This document shows, piece after piece, positions 17,839-28,572 of a stretch of 63,482 nt of DNA (the first letter of the stretch is position 1; each line of letters opens with the position of its first letter). This DNA comes from Clostridia bacterium. Its GTDB lineage: Bacteria; Bacillota; Clostridia; TANB77; CAG-508. Position numbers and translations under genes: made by a program. The DNA lies in contig JBKXSZ010000002.1 of assembly GCA_047017005.1 (NCBI GenBank), positions 44,620 through 108,101 of the forward strand, in the 5' to 3' direction. The notes beneath the pieces are model-generated. The model was not told where the DNA came from. It worked only from the letters and a program-made list of their open reading frames with translations, and made no database searches.

Positions 17839-18966
17839 ATGGATACTTATAAAGTTGGTAAAATAGAAGCAATTTGCTTAATTGCCATTATTATGCTAAA
17901 TCATATTATTCTAAATTTACCCAAGACCCTTTTAATCTCTACTGGGTCTTCGGCTATTTTAAATGCCATTTATGTTGCTTTTCTTATTATCCTACTTATC
18001 TTTATTATTACAAAATTATGGCGTCATTTTCCAGATAAAGATATTCTCGACATTGGAGAATTTTTAGGAGGAAAGAAATTAAAAATATTTCTAGGTATTC
18101 TATTTTTCTTATTTTTCTTATACATTAGTGCTATCTTTTTACGCAGTTTTACCACTACTATAAAAATAATTTATTTTGAGTACTTTCCAGTATCTATTTT
18201 AGCTATTTTACTATTAGCAGGTGCTTATCTTGTAAATAAATTAGGTACTAAAGCTGTTATTAGAACTAATTTACTTACCGTTCCTATCGTAGCTATTGCC
18301 ATTTTTATTGTTTGTATTTCTGGTATTAATAAGTTTACGTACCAAAGAATATTTCCCATTCTAGGTTACGGGGCTGAATCTACTTTCCTTAGTGGGATTT
18401 CTAACATTTTTGCTTTTAGTGGAATTGCTATTCTTTACTTTTTGCCGCCTATGTTAGAAAAAAAGAAAGATTTTAAAAAGATAAGTCTTATCTCTATAAC
18501 TATTGTAAGTATTCTTCTTATTCTTAGTGTAGCTACCTTGCTTTTTACTTTTTCTTTTATGACGAAAACGCAAGAACTCACTTCTTTATACATGGAAATT
18601 CGAGGAAATAACTATGGAAGTTTATTTGAAAGAGCAGACGCTTTGTTTATCTTTTTCTGGATTTTAGCGATAATTTCCTATTTAAGTGTGACTCTTCTAT
18701 TTCTTTCTCATATTTTTAAGAAAATCATTCCTATCCAAGATAAAAGGGGAATTCTTTTACTTCTATGTAACCTTGTTCTAGCATGTAGTTTAATTCCTTC
18801 TAATATTGCACAAATTCGTTTTGCTGAAATCACTATTATTCGATATTTTAGTTTAATCCTATTATATGGTATTAGTATTCCTATTTTGATTCTAGCTAAT
18901 CGAAAAGCAAAAAAGAAAAAAGGTTCAATCGTTTATAAAAAGGAGGAGGAAATTCCAGATGTTTAA
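17839..18966 (+). CDS. gerAB: spore germination protein, GerA-family B subunit (APC-type permease-like)
   Basis: 375 aa with about 10 TM helices. Its operon position is between the A and C subunits. An AAAGGAGGAAAG RBS is present. Confidence 0.8.
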   Translation: MDTYKVGKIEAICLIAIIMLNHIILNLPKTLLISTGSSAILNAIYVAFLIILLIFIITKLWRHFPDKDILDIGEFLGGKKLKIFLGILFFLFFLYISAIFLRSFTTTIKIIYFEYFPVSILAILLLAGAYLVNKLGTKAVIRTNLLTVPIVAIAIFIVCISGINKFTYQRIFPILGYGAESTFLSGISNIFAFSGIAILYFLPPMLEKKKDFKKISLISITIVSILLILSVATLLFTFSFMTKTQELTSLYMEIRGNNYGSLFERADALFIFFWILAIISYLSVTLLFLSHIFKKIIPIQDKRGILLLLCNLVLACSLIPSNIAQIRFAEITIIRYFSLILLYGISIPILILANRKAKKKKGSIVYKKEEEIPDV

Positions 18967-20197
18967 AAAAATTATTACTTATATTACCATTTTTCTATTT
19001 CTCTTTCTCTCTCTCATTAGTCTTTCTGGCTGTAGTTATCAAAATACTATTGATGATTTAGCTTACGTAGTAGCATTAGGATTGGACATTGGAGAAAGTA
19101 ATAATTTAAAACTTAGTTTTCAAGTATCGATTCCTAGCTCTGGAGGAGATTCTGGTCAAAGTAGTTCATCCCAATCCTCTGATTCTGTAATTAATTCCAT
19201 TGAATGTACCACTATTGATTCTGGTCTTAATATTATTAATAGTTACATTAGTAAAAAAATAAACCTATCGCATTGCAAAGTTATTGTTTTCTCAGAAGCA
19301 TTAGCTTATCAAGGTATTTCGAAATACATTTATACCTTACTAAATGATATTGAAGTAAGGCCTGACTGCAATATTATTGTCTCCAAATGTTCTGCTTCCT
19401 ACTTTTTAAAAAATTCTAAACCGACTTTAGAAAAACTAACAGCACGTTATTATGAAATTGCACCCAAATCAAGTGAATATACGGGATATACTTCTAATGT
19501 TACCATTAATGACTTCTTTTCTAATTTAAATGATACTATGGTAGAACCTTATGCCATTCTTGGAAATGTTAATACACAAGAAACGCAAAAGCAGAATGAA
19601 AAAAGTAGCTTTGATAAAGATAGTTCCTATACGGCTGGTGAAACTCCAATAGAAAGCAGACCAAATGCTGAAAATATGGGACTTGCAGTTTTTTATGGTG
19701 ACCGCTTAGTGGGTGAATTAAATGGTATTGAAACTATTTGTTATTTAATTCTTACTAATCAACTGAAAACATGTAATATTAATATTCCAAGTCCCTTTGA
19801 TAAAGATACAACCATTGATTTAAGCTTAAAGGTGAAAAATCGAACCAAAAACAAAGTAGAGTTTATTAATAATTCTCCCTTCATTACTTGTAAAGTCAGT
19901 TTGAATGCCGAAATTTTATCGATGAACAAAGACTCTGAATATCTAGAAGATAAAAATCTAAAAGAAATAGAAGAAGCCGCTAACCGCTATTTAGAAAGTC
20001 ATATTTCTGACTATTTATATAAAACAGCCCAAGAATTTAGAAGTGATATTACGGGATTTGGTAAATACGCCGTATCACAATTTCCAACCTGGGATAAATG
20101 GTCTACTTATAACTGGCTAGATAATTATTGTAATAGTTTCTTCCAAGTACATTCTTCAATTTCTATTCGTTCTAGCCATTTATTGATAAAAACCTAA
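18959..20197 (+). CDS. gerAC: Ger(x)C-family spore germination lipoprotein
   Basis: 412 aa with an LSLSGC lipobox, overlapping gerAB by 8 nt. Confidence 0.8.
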   Translation: MFKKIITYITIFLFLFLSLISLSGCSYQNTIDDLAYVVALGLDIGESNNLKLSFQVSIPSSGGDSGQSSSSQSSDSVINSIECTTIDSGLNIINSYISKKINLSHCKVIVFSEALAYQGISKYIYTLLNDIEVRPDCNIIVSKCSASYFLKNSKPTLEKLTARYYEIAPKSSEYTGYTSNVTINDFFSNLNDTMVEPYAILGNVNTQETQKQNEKSSFDKDSSYTAGETPIESRPNAENMGLAVFYGDRLVGELNGIETICYLILTNQLKTCNINIPSPFDKDTTIDLSLKVKNRTKNKVEFINNSPFITCKVSLNAEILSMNKDSEYLEDKNLKEIEEAANRYLESHISDYLYKTAQEFRSDITGFGKYAVSQFPTWDKWSTYNWLDNYCNSFFQVHSSISIRSSHLLIKT

Positions 20198-20216
20198 AAG
20201 AAAGGATGATATATGC

Positions 20217-20381
20217 ATGTTTCTTATTATTCTGATTCTAGCAATATATATTACTGTTAAATCTATTAGTTATGCTATTTATGAGATAAAGGAAAATAAA
20301 AATAAAATAGGAGGTAGTATTATTATTGTTCTTTCTGTTTTATTATTGTTTGCTACTCCTATTTTAGATTATTTTCGCTAA
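20217..20381 (+). CDS. small hydrophobic protein (54 aa), hypothetical
   Basis: Below the ORF-track cutoff. My translation reads MFLIILILAIYITVKSISYAIYEIKENKNKIGGSIIIVLSVLLLFATPILDYFR, with two TM segments. It follows gerAC and precedes a strong terminator. Confidence 0.35.
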   Translation: MFLIILILAIYITVKSISYAIYEIKENKNKIGGSIIIVLSVLLLFATPILDYFR

Positions 20382-20386
20382 CAAAG

Positions 20387-20417
20387 AAGCCAGATATTCT
20401 TTATATCTGGCTTTTTT
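20387..20417. terminator. bidirectional terminator between the gerA operon and rnr
   Basis: AAGCCAGATAT...ATATCTGGCTT stem followed by TTTTT. Confidence 0.7.
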
Positions 20418-20446
20418 CCTTTTTCTCTATTTGGGTAGTTATCTTT

Positions 20447-22588
20447 TTATTCTTCCTCCCATTTGGCGAATGCAATTTTTCTTAATTCTTTGTTTGCCTC
20501 TATTACCTGTACTTGTAATTTGTCTCCAATTTTATAGATTTGTTTTGTTTGTTCCCCTATCAACTGTTTTCTTTCATCATCATAGATAAAGTATTCATTT
20601 CCTAAATCATCAAAACGAATTAATCCTTCTACTGTATTTTCTAACTCTACAAAAACGCCAAAAGGTGTAACATTAGATATCATTCCTTCATATACTTCAC
20701 CAATCATATCTTCCATATATTCTGCCTTCTTAATATCTAAACTTTCACGTTCTACTTTTTGTGCTATTTTTTCACGTTCGGAAGAACTCTTTGCATATTC
20801 AATTGCTTCATTTTTATATTTTTCCTTTTCTTTCTCTAATAAATTATATCCTTTTTCTAAATACTTTGATATGATACGATGAATAAATAGGTCTGGATAT
20901 CTTCGAATAGGAGAAGTAAAGTGGCAATAATACTGACTTGCTATTCCAAAATGTCCTTTATTTTCCGCTTCATACCTTGCTACTTTTAATGTCCTTAAAA
21001 TAAGGTTTGAAATTACTTTTTCTTCTGGTTTTCCTTTTATTTGTTCTAATACTTCTGCAAACGCTTTCGGTTTTATATTTTCTTTATTTCCTTTTATTTT
21101 ATATCCAAAGTTGAATAAGAACTTATTTAAGTCTTGTATTTTATCATTATCTGGTACTTCGTGTACACGATAAATAAAAGGCGCTTCTAACCAGAAAAAC
21201 TTTTCAGCAACTGTTTCATTTGCTGTTAACATGAATTGTTCGATAATGCTATTGGCAATAGTCAATTCATATTTCTCTACTCCAATTGCCCTTCCATCTT
21301 CATTTAAAATAATTTTACTTTCTGGTAGATTTAAATCTAAACTTCCTTCTTTTTCTCTTCTTTTCTCTAGGATATCCGCAAGTTCTGCCATTTTATCAAA
21401 TTCATCTAGATACTTTTTATATCTGTCTAAGACTTTTTTATCACTTCTTTGTACTATCTTTGTTACATCATGATAATTCATTCTTTCTCTTACTTGAATA
21501 ACAGATTTAAAAATATCACTATCTATCACTTCTCCCTCTGTATCTATTTCCATTAATACGGTGATTGCAAATCGGTCTTCTCCTGCATTTAGAGAACATA
21601 TACCGTTTGATAATTTTTTAGGAAGCATTGGTATTACTCTATCAAACATATAGATGCTAGTCCCCCTTAGAATAGCTTCTTTATCTAAATTTGAGTTTTC
21701 TTTAACATAATGACTAACATCTGCAATACTAACATTTAATTGATAATTCCCGTTTTTTAACTTTTTAACAGCAACAGCATCATCTAAATCTTTTGCATCT
21801 TCTCCATCTATTGTAAAGATAATTTCATCTCTTAAATCTCTTCTATGAGGAATATCTTTCTTTTCTACTTTTAGGCTAATTCTATCAGCTTCTTCTAGCA
21901 CTGGTTTTGGAAAATCGTATGGTAAGTTATATTCTTTAATAACCGAAAGCATATCAATCCCTGGTTGGTCGCGATTTCCTATTATCTCGATTACTTTTCC
22001 CTCTGCATTTTTTCCTTTCGTTGGAAATTTTAATATTTTAACAACTACCTTTTGATTATTCTTCGCTCCACCAAAATTCTTTTTGGAAATATATAGGTCT
22101 GTTCCCAGTTTTCTATCATCTGGCACAACAAAGGCAAAATTTTTGCTTTTCTGAAAGGTTCCTACTAAAGTATCTCTTTCATGTTTTAAAATTTTTATAA
22201 TCTTTCCCTCTATATTTCTTCCACTTGTTTTATCCATCTTTTCTACTAATACTAAATCACCATTTAGACAGTCATTTGTATTATCACCAGACACATAGAT
22301 TTCTTCTAATCCTTCCTCTATAGGTTTTACAAATCCAAATCCTCTTTCAGTTCCTCTAAAGATTCCCTCTATATACTGTCCTTCTACTAAAGAATATCGA
22401 TTCTTTCTGTTTTTCTTGATTTTATATTCCTCTTCTAGTACCTTTAAAACATCACGAAATGAAGACTCTTCTTTCTTTGGCACCATTAAAACTTGCATCA
22501 TTTCTTTTTGTTTCATTGGTACATAGGAAGAATCTTTCATAAACTCTAATATCAATTCTTTTTTCTCTTTCATCTTTTCTTTTTTCAT
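20447..22588 (-). CDS. rnr: ribonuclease R
   Basis: 713 aa. It has cold-shock/OB N-terminal domains, an RNB catalytic domain (DGEDAKDLDDAV, HFTSPIRRYPDL) and a C-terminal S1 domain. Confidence 0.92.
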   Translation of the reverse strand: MKKEKMKEKKELILEFMKDSSYVPMKQKEMMQVLMVPKKEESSFRDVLKVLEEEYKIKKNRKNRYSLVEGQYIEGIFRGTERGFGFVKPIEEGLEEIYVSGDNTNDCLNGDLVLVEKMDKTSGRNIEGKIIKILKHERDTLVGTFQKSKNFAFVVPDDRKLGTDLYISKKNFGGAKNNQKVVVKILKFPTKGKNAEGKVIEIIGNRDQPGIDMLSVIKEYNLPYDFPKPVLEEADRISLKVEKKDIPHRRDLRDEIIFTIDGEDAKDLDDAVAVKKLKNGNYQLNVSIADVSHYVKENSNLDKEAILRGTSIYMFDRVIPMLPKKLSNGICSLNAGEDRFAITVLMEIDTEGEVIDSDIFKSVIQVRERMNYHDVTKIVQRSDKKVLDRYKKYLDEFDKMAELADILEKRREKEGSLDLNLPESKIILNEDGRAIGVEKYELTIANSIIEQFMLTANETVAEKFFWLEAPFIYRVHEVPDNDKIQDLNKFLFNFGYKIKGNKENIKPKAFAEVLEQIKGKPEEKVISNLILRTLKVARYEAENKGHFGIASQYYCHFTSPIRRYPDLFIHRIISKYLEKGYNLLEKEKEKYKNEAIEYAKSSSEREKIAQKVERESLDIKKAEYMEDMIGEVYEGMISNVTPFGVFVELENTVEGLIRFDDLGNEYFIYDDERKQLIGEQTKQIYKIGDKLQVQVIEANKELRKIAFAKWEEE

Positions 22589-22655
22589 TACTCTTCTCCT
22601 AACAACAAATAAGGAGCAGTTTTTGCTGCCCCTTTTTATTATTCTTTACGAATTT

Positions 22656-22904
22656 CTAAATAACATACACAATTCCTAATATAATAGAAAAAATTGCAAA
22701 TAGAATTCCTAATATAATAGTCCATCTTTTCATTTTTCCTTCTTTAGTTCTACCTTTATTTTTCTCATAAAAATTATTAGATGAAGAACCAGTTATTGTT
22801 CCAGATGCTCCCATATCATCTTTGGATTGCATCATAGCAACTACGATTAAGGCTAAACAGATAACAGCATAAATTCCAATTATAATATATTTTACGATTT
22901 GCAT
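22656..22904 (-). CDS. secG: preprotein translocase subunit SecG
   Basis: 82 aa with two TM helices flanking a Gly/Ser-rich loop (MQSKDDMGASGTITGSSS). It shows the conserved secG-rnr synteny. Confidence 0.8.
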   Translation of the reverse strand: MQIVKYIIIGIYAVICLALIVVAMMQSKDDMGASGTITGSSSNNFYEKNKGRTKEGKMKRWTIILGILFAIFSIILGIVYVI

Positions 22905-22954
22905 TGTATTTTTCCTCCTTAAGGCTTTTCCATCTGATTAAATCACTATTTGAT

Positions 22955-22987
22955 ATTTTAGCATACTAAGTAGTAAAAATCAAGCAA
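22955..22987 (-). promoter_or_regulatory. putative sigma-A promoter of secG
   Basis: On the minus strand: TTGCTT, 18 nt, then TGCTAAAAT (extended -10). Confidence 0.35.
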
Positions 22988-23406
22988 ATTTCCAATTTTA
23001 TTGAAATGTTATTTCTTCTCATATTTGCTTTTTTGGCACAAGGCAATTCAAAATCTTACTTTTTGAATCACACAATTAAATTCTAATGCTCATTTTTATC
23101 TTCATATTTTCCACACTCTCTAATATTATCTTTTAAACTCTAGTGTTACAAATACAAAAATGAAAAAACATTCACCTTTACTGCTAAACACATTCTAGTA
23201 GAGCAGTCCTAAGTAGGGGCACTACCTCCATTAATAGCAATTACCTCCGTGTTTTATACAAGAATATCTAACATCTTGTACACTTGTCTTATCCACTCAT
23301 ATGCATTACCTAAATCATAAATATTTATGTATTCCTATGTCTATGTCAAGTATTTTATTTGTCACATCTTGTCTTTTTCTTTTCTCCCTTGTATAATATA
23401 GGTATT

Positions 23407-24258
23407 ATGAAAGAATTAATTGTAGAAAAAAGAGATAATGGAAAGAAATTAACAATATTTTTACAAGAGCACTTTAGTGGTCTTTCTTTTAATACGATAT
23501 ATAAAGCACTACGAAAAAAAGATATTCGTATTAATGGGAAAAGAATTCATGAAGATGTTATATTAAAAAAAGACGATATTCTTACTTTATATATTGTAGA
23601 TTCACTTTTAGAAAATAGAGTTTCTTTTTCACTTCTTTATGAAGATAAACATATCTTATTAGTCAATAAACCAGCTGGAATAGAAGTAACTGGTTCTTCA
23701 AGTCTTACTTCTTATATCCAAAAAGGAAATCCGTCTCTTAAACCTTGTCATCGATTAGACCGTAATACTACTGGAATTGTTGTATTTGCAAAAGATAAGC
23801 AAACTTTGGAAATTCTTTTGCAAGCTTTTAAAGAAAGACATATTGATAAATATTATTTAGCTCAAGTATATGGTATACCATCAAAAAAAGCAGCTACTCT
23901 TATTTCTTATTTGTTTAAAGATAAGAAAAAAGCACAAGTGTATCTTTCTGATATTCCTAGAAAGGGATATATGAAAATTATAACTAAATATAGAGTTTTA
24001 GAAGGAAATGAAGAAAAAAATACTTCCCTATTAGAGGTAAAGCTAGAAACAGGAAGAACCCATCAAATTCGAGCTCATTTGGCTCATATTGGGCATCCTA
24101 TTATTGGGGATGGTAAATATGGCATAAATCAAGTAAATAAGGATTTTAAGGCTAAATCGCAACAATTATGTGCTTATCGTATTTGCTTTCATTTTTCCCA
24201 AAACTCTCTTTTAGCATACTTAGATGGAAAAGAATTTAAAGTAGATAAACCTTGGTAA
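23407..24258 (+). CDS. RluA-family pseudouridine synthase with N-terminal S4-like domain
   Basis: HRLDRNTTGIVVFAK catalytic-Asp motif and a GRTHQIRAHL motif. I prefer the ATG at 23407 (MKELIVEK). A TTGTCT-17-TGTATAAT promoter lies directly upstream, so the leader would be very short. Confidence 0.85.
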   Translation: MKELIVEKRDNGKKLTIFLQEHFSGLSFNTIYKALRKKDIRINGKRIHEDVILKKDDILTLYIVDSLLENRVSFSLLYEDKHILLVNKPAGIEVTGSSSLTSYIQKGNPSLKPCHRLDRNTTGIVVFAKDKQTLEILLQAFKERHIDKYYLAQVYGIPSKKAATLISYLFKDKKKAQVYLSDIPRKGYMKIITKYRVLEGNEEKNTSLLEVKLETGRTHQIRAHLAHIGHPIIGDGKYGINQVNKDFKAKSQQLCAYRICFHFSQNSLLAYLDGKEFKVDKPW

Positions 24259-24265
24259 AAATTAA

Positions 24266-24318
24266 ATACCAAAAGAATGTCAAAAAATTATTTTTTAACA
24301 TTCTTTTGGTATCTTTTC
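24266..24318. terminator. bidirectional terminator between the rluA-like gene and ftsH
   Basis: 15-bp stem ATACCAAAAGAATGT / ACATTCTTTTGGTAT with flanking T/A runs. Confidence 0.7.
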
Positions 24319-24378
24319 TATTTGATTTATTTATTTTCTACCCTGCTTATTACTTTATCCTTTTCTTTTGGTCTTTTA

Positions 24379-26202
24379 CTATTCAAAGAATCGATTAAAG
24401 GCCTCTTCTGAGATTACTTCATTTTCTAGTAAGCTATGTGCTACTGCATGAAGCTTGTCCATATTCTCTGCTAAAATAGCTTGTGCTTTTTGATAAGCAA
24501 TTTCTATTATTTTCTTTACTTCTAAGCCAATTTTTTCTTCAATATCTTCTCCATAATAAGATAACATCTGTCCGTTTGTGTCTCTTTTATATGTTACTGG
24601 TCCTAGTGTATCACTCATTCCATAAATGGTTACCATATCTGTTGCGATTTTCGTTGCTACCTCAATATCATTGCTTGCTCCTGTAGAAATATCATCTAAT
24701 GCTATTTTTTCGGCAGCTCTTCCTCCTAATAGAGCAATTAGTTTTTCTTCCATTTCGGTTTTGGAAATATAGTATTTATCCTCACTTGTTCGATACATCG
24801 TATAACCACCAGCTACTCCTCTTGGTATAATTGATACCTCTTTTACTCCTTCTTGTGTTGGTAAGAATTTACTAACAATGGCATGACCTGCTTCATGATA
24901 AGCCGTTAACTTTTTATCTTTTTCGGAAACAATTCGGTTTTTCTTTTCTAGTCCTACTGTTACTTTCTTAATAGCATCTCCTATATCTTTTTGGGTAATA
25001 GCTTCATGTTTATTTACCGTTGCAATAATAGCAGCCTCATTCATAATATTGGCAAGTTCTGCCCCTGTAAATCCTGCTGTATCTTCTGCAACACTTCTAA
25101 AAGATACATTATCTGCTATTTTTTTATTCTTACTGTGAATCTGTAATATTTTTTCTCTTCCATTTAAATCTGGTGGTGCAATCGTAATTTGCCTATCAAA
25201 TCTTCCTGGTCTTAATAAAGCTTTATCTAGTAGCTCTGGTCTATTAGTTGCTGCTAAAACGATAATCGTTTGATTTTTTTCAAATCCATCCATTTCTACT
25301 AATAATTGATTTAATGTCTGATTATTCTCTGTCTCTGCTCCTCCTGTGTTATTAGACCTTGTAGAGCCAATTGCATCTACTTCATCAATAAAGATAATAC
25401 ATGGTGCTTGTTTTTTTGCTCTTTCAAAAAGTCTCCTTACACGAGATGCTCCCATTCCTGCAAACATTTCGATAAACTCAGAACCACTTACAGGAATAAA
25501 TGGTACTTTTGCTTCACCTGCAATTGCTCTTGCAATTAATGTTTTTCCTGTTCCTGGTTTTCCACATAATAGGATTCCCTTTGGAATCTTTGCTCCCATT
25601 TCTTGAAAGCTTTTTGGATTTTTCAAGAAATTAACAACTTCTACAAGTTCTGCTTTTTCTTCTTCTAGACCTGCTACATCATCAAAGGTAACTCTATCTT
25701 CTGTCTCCTCTGGGTTATATACCTTTCCTTTTGAACTACCTCCCATTAACTGATACCATACAATAATAATCATAGCACCAATTAATACAATTGTTACCAT
25801 TGGGAATACATTTTCCCTAATAGAAACATAAGCGCTTTGTGGCTTTTGAATTAACTCTATATCTTTTCCCTCTGCAATTTTTTCTTGTACTAATTCCATA
25901 AAAGCCTGCATACTTGGAACACTTGCTGTTTTAGGGGCTTTTTCACCTTTTAAAGTAACTTTAATTGCATTTGTTTGTGTTTCCATTTGTATTTTCTCAA
26001 TATTTTCTGCATCTATATTTTTAATTAAGTCTGTATAAGATAATTGCTCTTCCTCTTTTTTATTCTTCTGATTATTATTTACGAAATAGATTGCTCCAGC
26101 AGCTACTATTAACACCACTACTATAATTGCAATTCCCCAATACCATATCTGTCTTTTCTTTTTTTTTGGGTCTTCACGTTTTTGTCTTTTTCTATTCTTC
26201 AT
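24379..26202 (-). CDS. ftsH: ATP-dependent zinc metalloprotease FtsH
   Basis: 607 aa. Walker A GKPGTGKT, Walker B IIFIDEVD, an SRH region and the HEAGHA zinc motif. Confidence 0.95.
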   Translation of the reverse strand: MKNRKRQKREDPKKKKRQIWYWGIAIIVVVLIVAAGAIYFVNNNQKNKKEEEQLSYTDLIKNIDAENIEKIQMETQTNAIKVTLKGEKAPKTASVPSMQAFMELVQEKIAEGKDIELIQKPQSAYVSIRENVFPMVTIVLIGAMIIIVWYQLMGGSSKGKVYNPEETEDRVTFDDVAGLEEEKAELVEVVNFLKNPKSFQEMGAKIPKGILLCGKPGTGKTLIARAIAGEAKVPFIPVSGSEFIEMFAGMGASRVRRLFERAKKQAPCIIFIDEVDAIGSTRSNNTGGAETENNQTLNQLLVEMDGFEKNQTIIVLAATNRPELLDKALLRPGRFDRQITIAPPDLNGREKILQIHSKNKKIADNVSFRSVAEDTAGFTGAELANIMNEAAIIATVNKHEAITQKDIGDAIKKVTVGLEKKNRIVSEKDKKLTAYHEAGHAIVSKFLPTQEGVKEVSIIPRGVAGGYTMYRTSEDKYYISKTEMEEKLIALLGGRAAEKIALDDISTGASNDIEVATKIATDMVTIYGMSDTLGPVTYKRDTNGQMLSYYGEDIEEKIGLEVKKIIEIAYQKAQAILAENMDKLHAVAHSLLENEVISEEAFNRFFE

Positions 26203-26222
26203 GCTTTTTTCCAGTCTCCTTT

Positions 26223-27422
26223 CTATCCGTTGTCTTTTCCTATTTCTTTCTTTTGAATTAATTCTGGCTGTGGTTGTGTTTCTTCTTGCTTTGAATTTTC
26301 TTTTCTTCCACTTTTCTTAGAAGGTGTTTTTTTGTTTTCCTCCTTTTTTTTCTTTTCCGTTTTCTTTTTTTCTTCTTTCTTATGTTCCTTCTTATCCTCC
26401 TTTTGCTCAGTCTGCTTTTTTGCTTCCTCTTCTTGTTTTTCTTGTTCTTTTTCCCTACGTTTTTGTTCTTCCTTTTCTTTTTTTCTCTCTTCTTCTCGTT
26501 TCTTCTCTTCTAGTTCTGCTTTTACTCTTTCTTGTTCTTCCAATATTTTCATTAGCTCTACTTGCTGTTTAATCAAATCCGATTTAATCATTAATACTGC
26601 GGTTACTACATATATCATAGCAATACAGTAGTACATAATATCAAAATATTTCATATAGAATCCAGTTAAAAGATTTACAACCACATAAACTGTTCTTAAT
26701 AAAATTGGTAATGTAAATGCATAAATACTTATTGCGTAACAAGAACTAAATTTCATTTTGAATTTAGATAATATAGCTACTAAATAGGCAAGTGATGCAA
26801 ATAGTAACATGTCAATTGCGATAAATGGAATATTTAATACTATATTATAGATTGCAAATACAATAAATAACGTGACATATCCCATATACATATTTGGACT
26901 TTTTAACATCGTAATAAAATCTTGCTTATTTTCAATCTCTGTTATTCCTAATTGATTTACTACATCTGTATAGGTATAGGTATTGGCATTGGCTGTTGCT
27001 GGCATTTTGATAAGCATTTTATCCCTTAACAAAACAACTCCCGCATCATATGCTTCAATTCTTTTTGTATATTCTGTTATTTTTTCTGGAGTAACTTCTG
27101 ATCGTGTATCCATAATTAATATTTGTATTAGATTATTTTCATCTTCTAAAGTAATAGCCTCTTGTTGCTTAATGGCTAAAACTCCTTCTTTATATGAAAA
27201 TTCTGGCATTTCATTTTCCGTATATTGAATAGTGCGATTCATTAACATTGCTACCTTTGCTACTACTCCAATTGTCGTAATAAGAGAAAATAGCAAAATT
27301 AAAATAAGAAAATACCTTACAGCTGTACTAAATTTTTCTGCTGCGAAATTTTCATATTTATCAAAATCTTTTATGGCAAATACCATTCTCTTAAAAAATG
27401 GTATTTTTTGTTCTTTTTCCAT
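26223..27422 (-). CDS. DUF1189 (YvdJ-like) membrane protein with Lys/Glu-rich C-terminal tail
   Basis: The N-terminus ...FFKRMVFAIKDFDKYENFAAEKFSTAVRYFLILILLFSL and the multi-TM body resemble DUF1189. The last roughly 110 aa are low-complexity K/E repeats. Confidence 0.5.
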   Translation of the reverse strand: MEKEQKIPFFKRMVFAIKDFDKYENFAAEKFSTAVRYFLILILLFSLITTIGVVAKVAMLMNRTIQYTENEMPEFSYKEGVLAIKQQEAITLEDENNLIQILIMDTRSEVTPEKITEYTKRIEAYDAGVVLLRDKMLIKMPATANANTYTYTDVVNQLGITEIENKQDFITMLKSPNMYMGYVTLFIVFAIYNIVLNIPFIAIDMLLFASLAYLVAILSKFKMKFSSCYAISIYAFTLPILLRTVYVVVNLLTGFYMKYFDIMYYCIAMIYVVTAVLMIKSDLIKQQVELMKILEEQERVKAELEEKKREEERKKEKEEQKRREKEQEKQEEEAKKQTEQKEDKKEHKKEEKKKTEKKKKEENKKTPSKKSGRKENSKQEETQPQPELIQKKEIGKDNG

Positions 27423-28543
27423 TAGCGATACTCCCTTCTAATACTACTATCTACATATAGAGGACTAACGTCAAGCATAACTTCGTCTCCTACTTTTACC
27501 TCTTTTCCTGTAATGTCGATAGCGGTATGATACATTCCTAGTCTTCCAATTACATCATATCTTTTTCCTTTAATTGATACTGTTAATTTTTGTTTTTTGA
27601 AAAAGCTTTTTATATCTCCTGATAAATGTCTTAATTTATCTACAAAACGGAACATATCATCATTTGCTCTTACATTAAATCCATCGGAATAGCCTGCTGG
27701 CACGATAGCAACTGTCGTTTCTTTTTTCGTTTGGTACGAATTGGAATATCCAACATTAAATCCTTTTGGTAGTACTTTTATTTCTGCAACATTACTTTTT
27801 AGTGTTGCCACTCTCTTTAATCCAATTGTGTTTGGTACGGATAGTCTTCCTAAAAAGGCAGAACCAACTCTTACTGCATTTAAATGCATATATGGGAATT
27901 TAAGGAAACTAGAAGAATTACAGATATGTAACATACCTGGTTCAATTCCATTCATTTTTAGTACTTCTATTGTTTTCATAAATCGGTCAAATTGTTCCTT
28001 TGTCCAAGAATCTTTTGTATAGAAAGCTAGAGAAAAATGAGAGAAGGTTCCTTCTATTTTTATATTGGTAAAAGCTTGAATTGTATCTATCATTATTTTA
28101 TAGTCATTATAGACAAATCCATATCTTCCAAAACCAGTGTCAATTTTTAAATGGCATCGAACTACAATATTGTGTTCTTTAGCAATACGATTTACGGTCT
28201 CTCCTGCTATTTTAGAACCAATTGTTAGAATAATATTATTCTCAATTAATAGACTAATTTCTTCTGGAATTGCAGTGGAAGAAAGCATTAAAATATCTTC
28301 TTTAATTCCAGCATCTCTTAGGGCTACTGCTTCTTCTACCGTAGCTACTGCAAAAAAAGAAATTCCGTTATCAATTAAAAACTTGGTATATTCTACTAGT
28401 CCCAAACCATATCCATTTGCCTTTACAACAGCTATTATTTTCACATTATTTCCTTTATCATCTGGCATATTAGTTTTGGCATATTCTTTAATTTTTTGAA
28501 TATTATGTTTTAAGTCTTTTTTCTCAATTACTAAACTTTTCAT
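27422..28543 (-). CDS. alr: alanine racemase
   Basis: 373 aa with the PLP-lysine motif [11 protein letters not shown]. Confidence 0.88.
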   Translation of the reverse strand: MKSLVIEKKDLKHNIQKIKEYAKTNMPDDKGNNVKIIAVVKANGYGLGLVEYTKFLIDNGISFFAVATVEEAVALRDAGIKEDILMLSSTAIPEEISLLIENNIILTIGSKIAGETVNRIAKEHNIVVRCHLKIDTGFGRYGFVYNDYKIMIDTIQAFTNIKIEGTFSHFSLAFYTKDSWTKEQFDRFMKTIEVLKMNGIEPGMLHICNSSSFLKFPYMHLNAVRVGSAFLGRLSVPNTIGLKRVATLKSNVAEIKVLPKGFNVGYSNSYQTKKETTVAIVPAGYSDGFNVRANDDMFRFVDKLRHLSGDIKSFFKKQKLTVSIKGKRYDVIGRLGMYHTAIDITGKEVKVGDEVMLDVSPLYVDSSIRREYR

Positions 28544-28572
28544 TTTCCCACCTATATTACTTCTTTTATCTT

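Noticed and set aside
22988-23358. About 370 nt of the divergent intergenic region between secG and the rluA-like gene. It contains a slightly GC-richer patch (TAGTAGAGCAGTCCTAAGTAGGGGCACTACCTCC) and a possible 15-codon ORF.
   Set aside because: I could not derive a convincing fold, promoter-terminator pair or known RNA motif, so it is left unannotated.
26324-26631. Plus-strand ORFs of 82 and 99 aa.
   Set aside because: They are antisense to the K/E-rich tail of the DUF1189-like gene. The Phe/Ser/Leu low-complexity products are artefacts.
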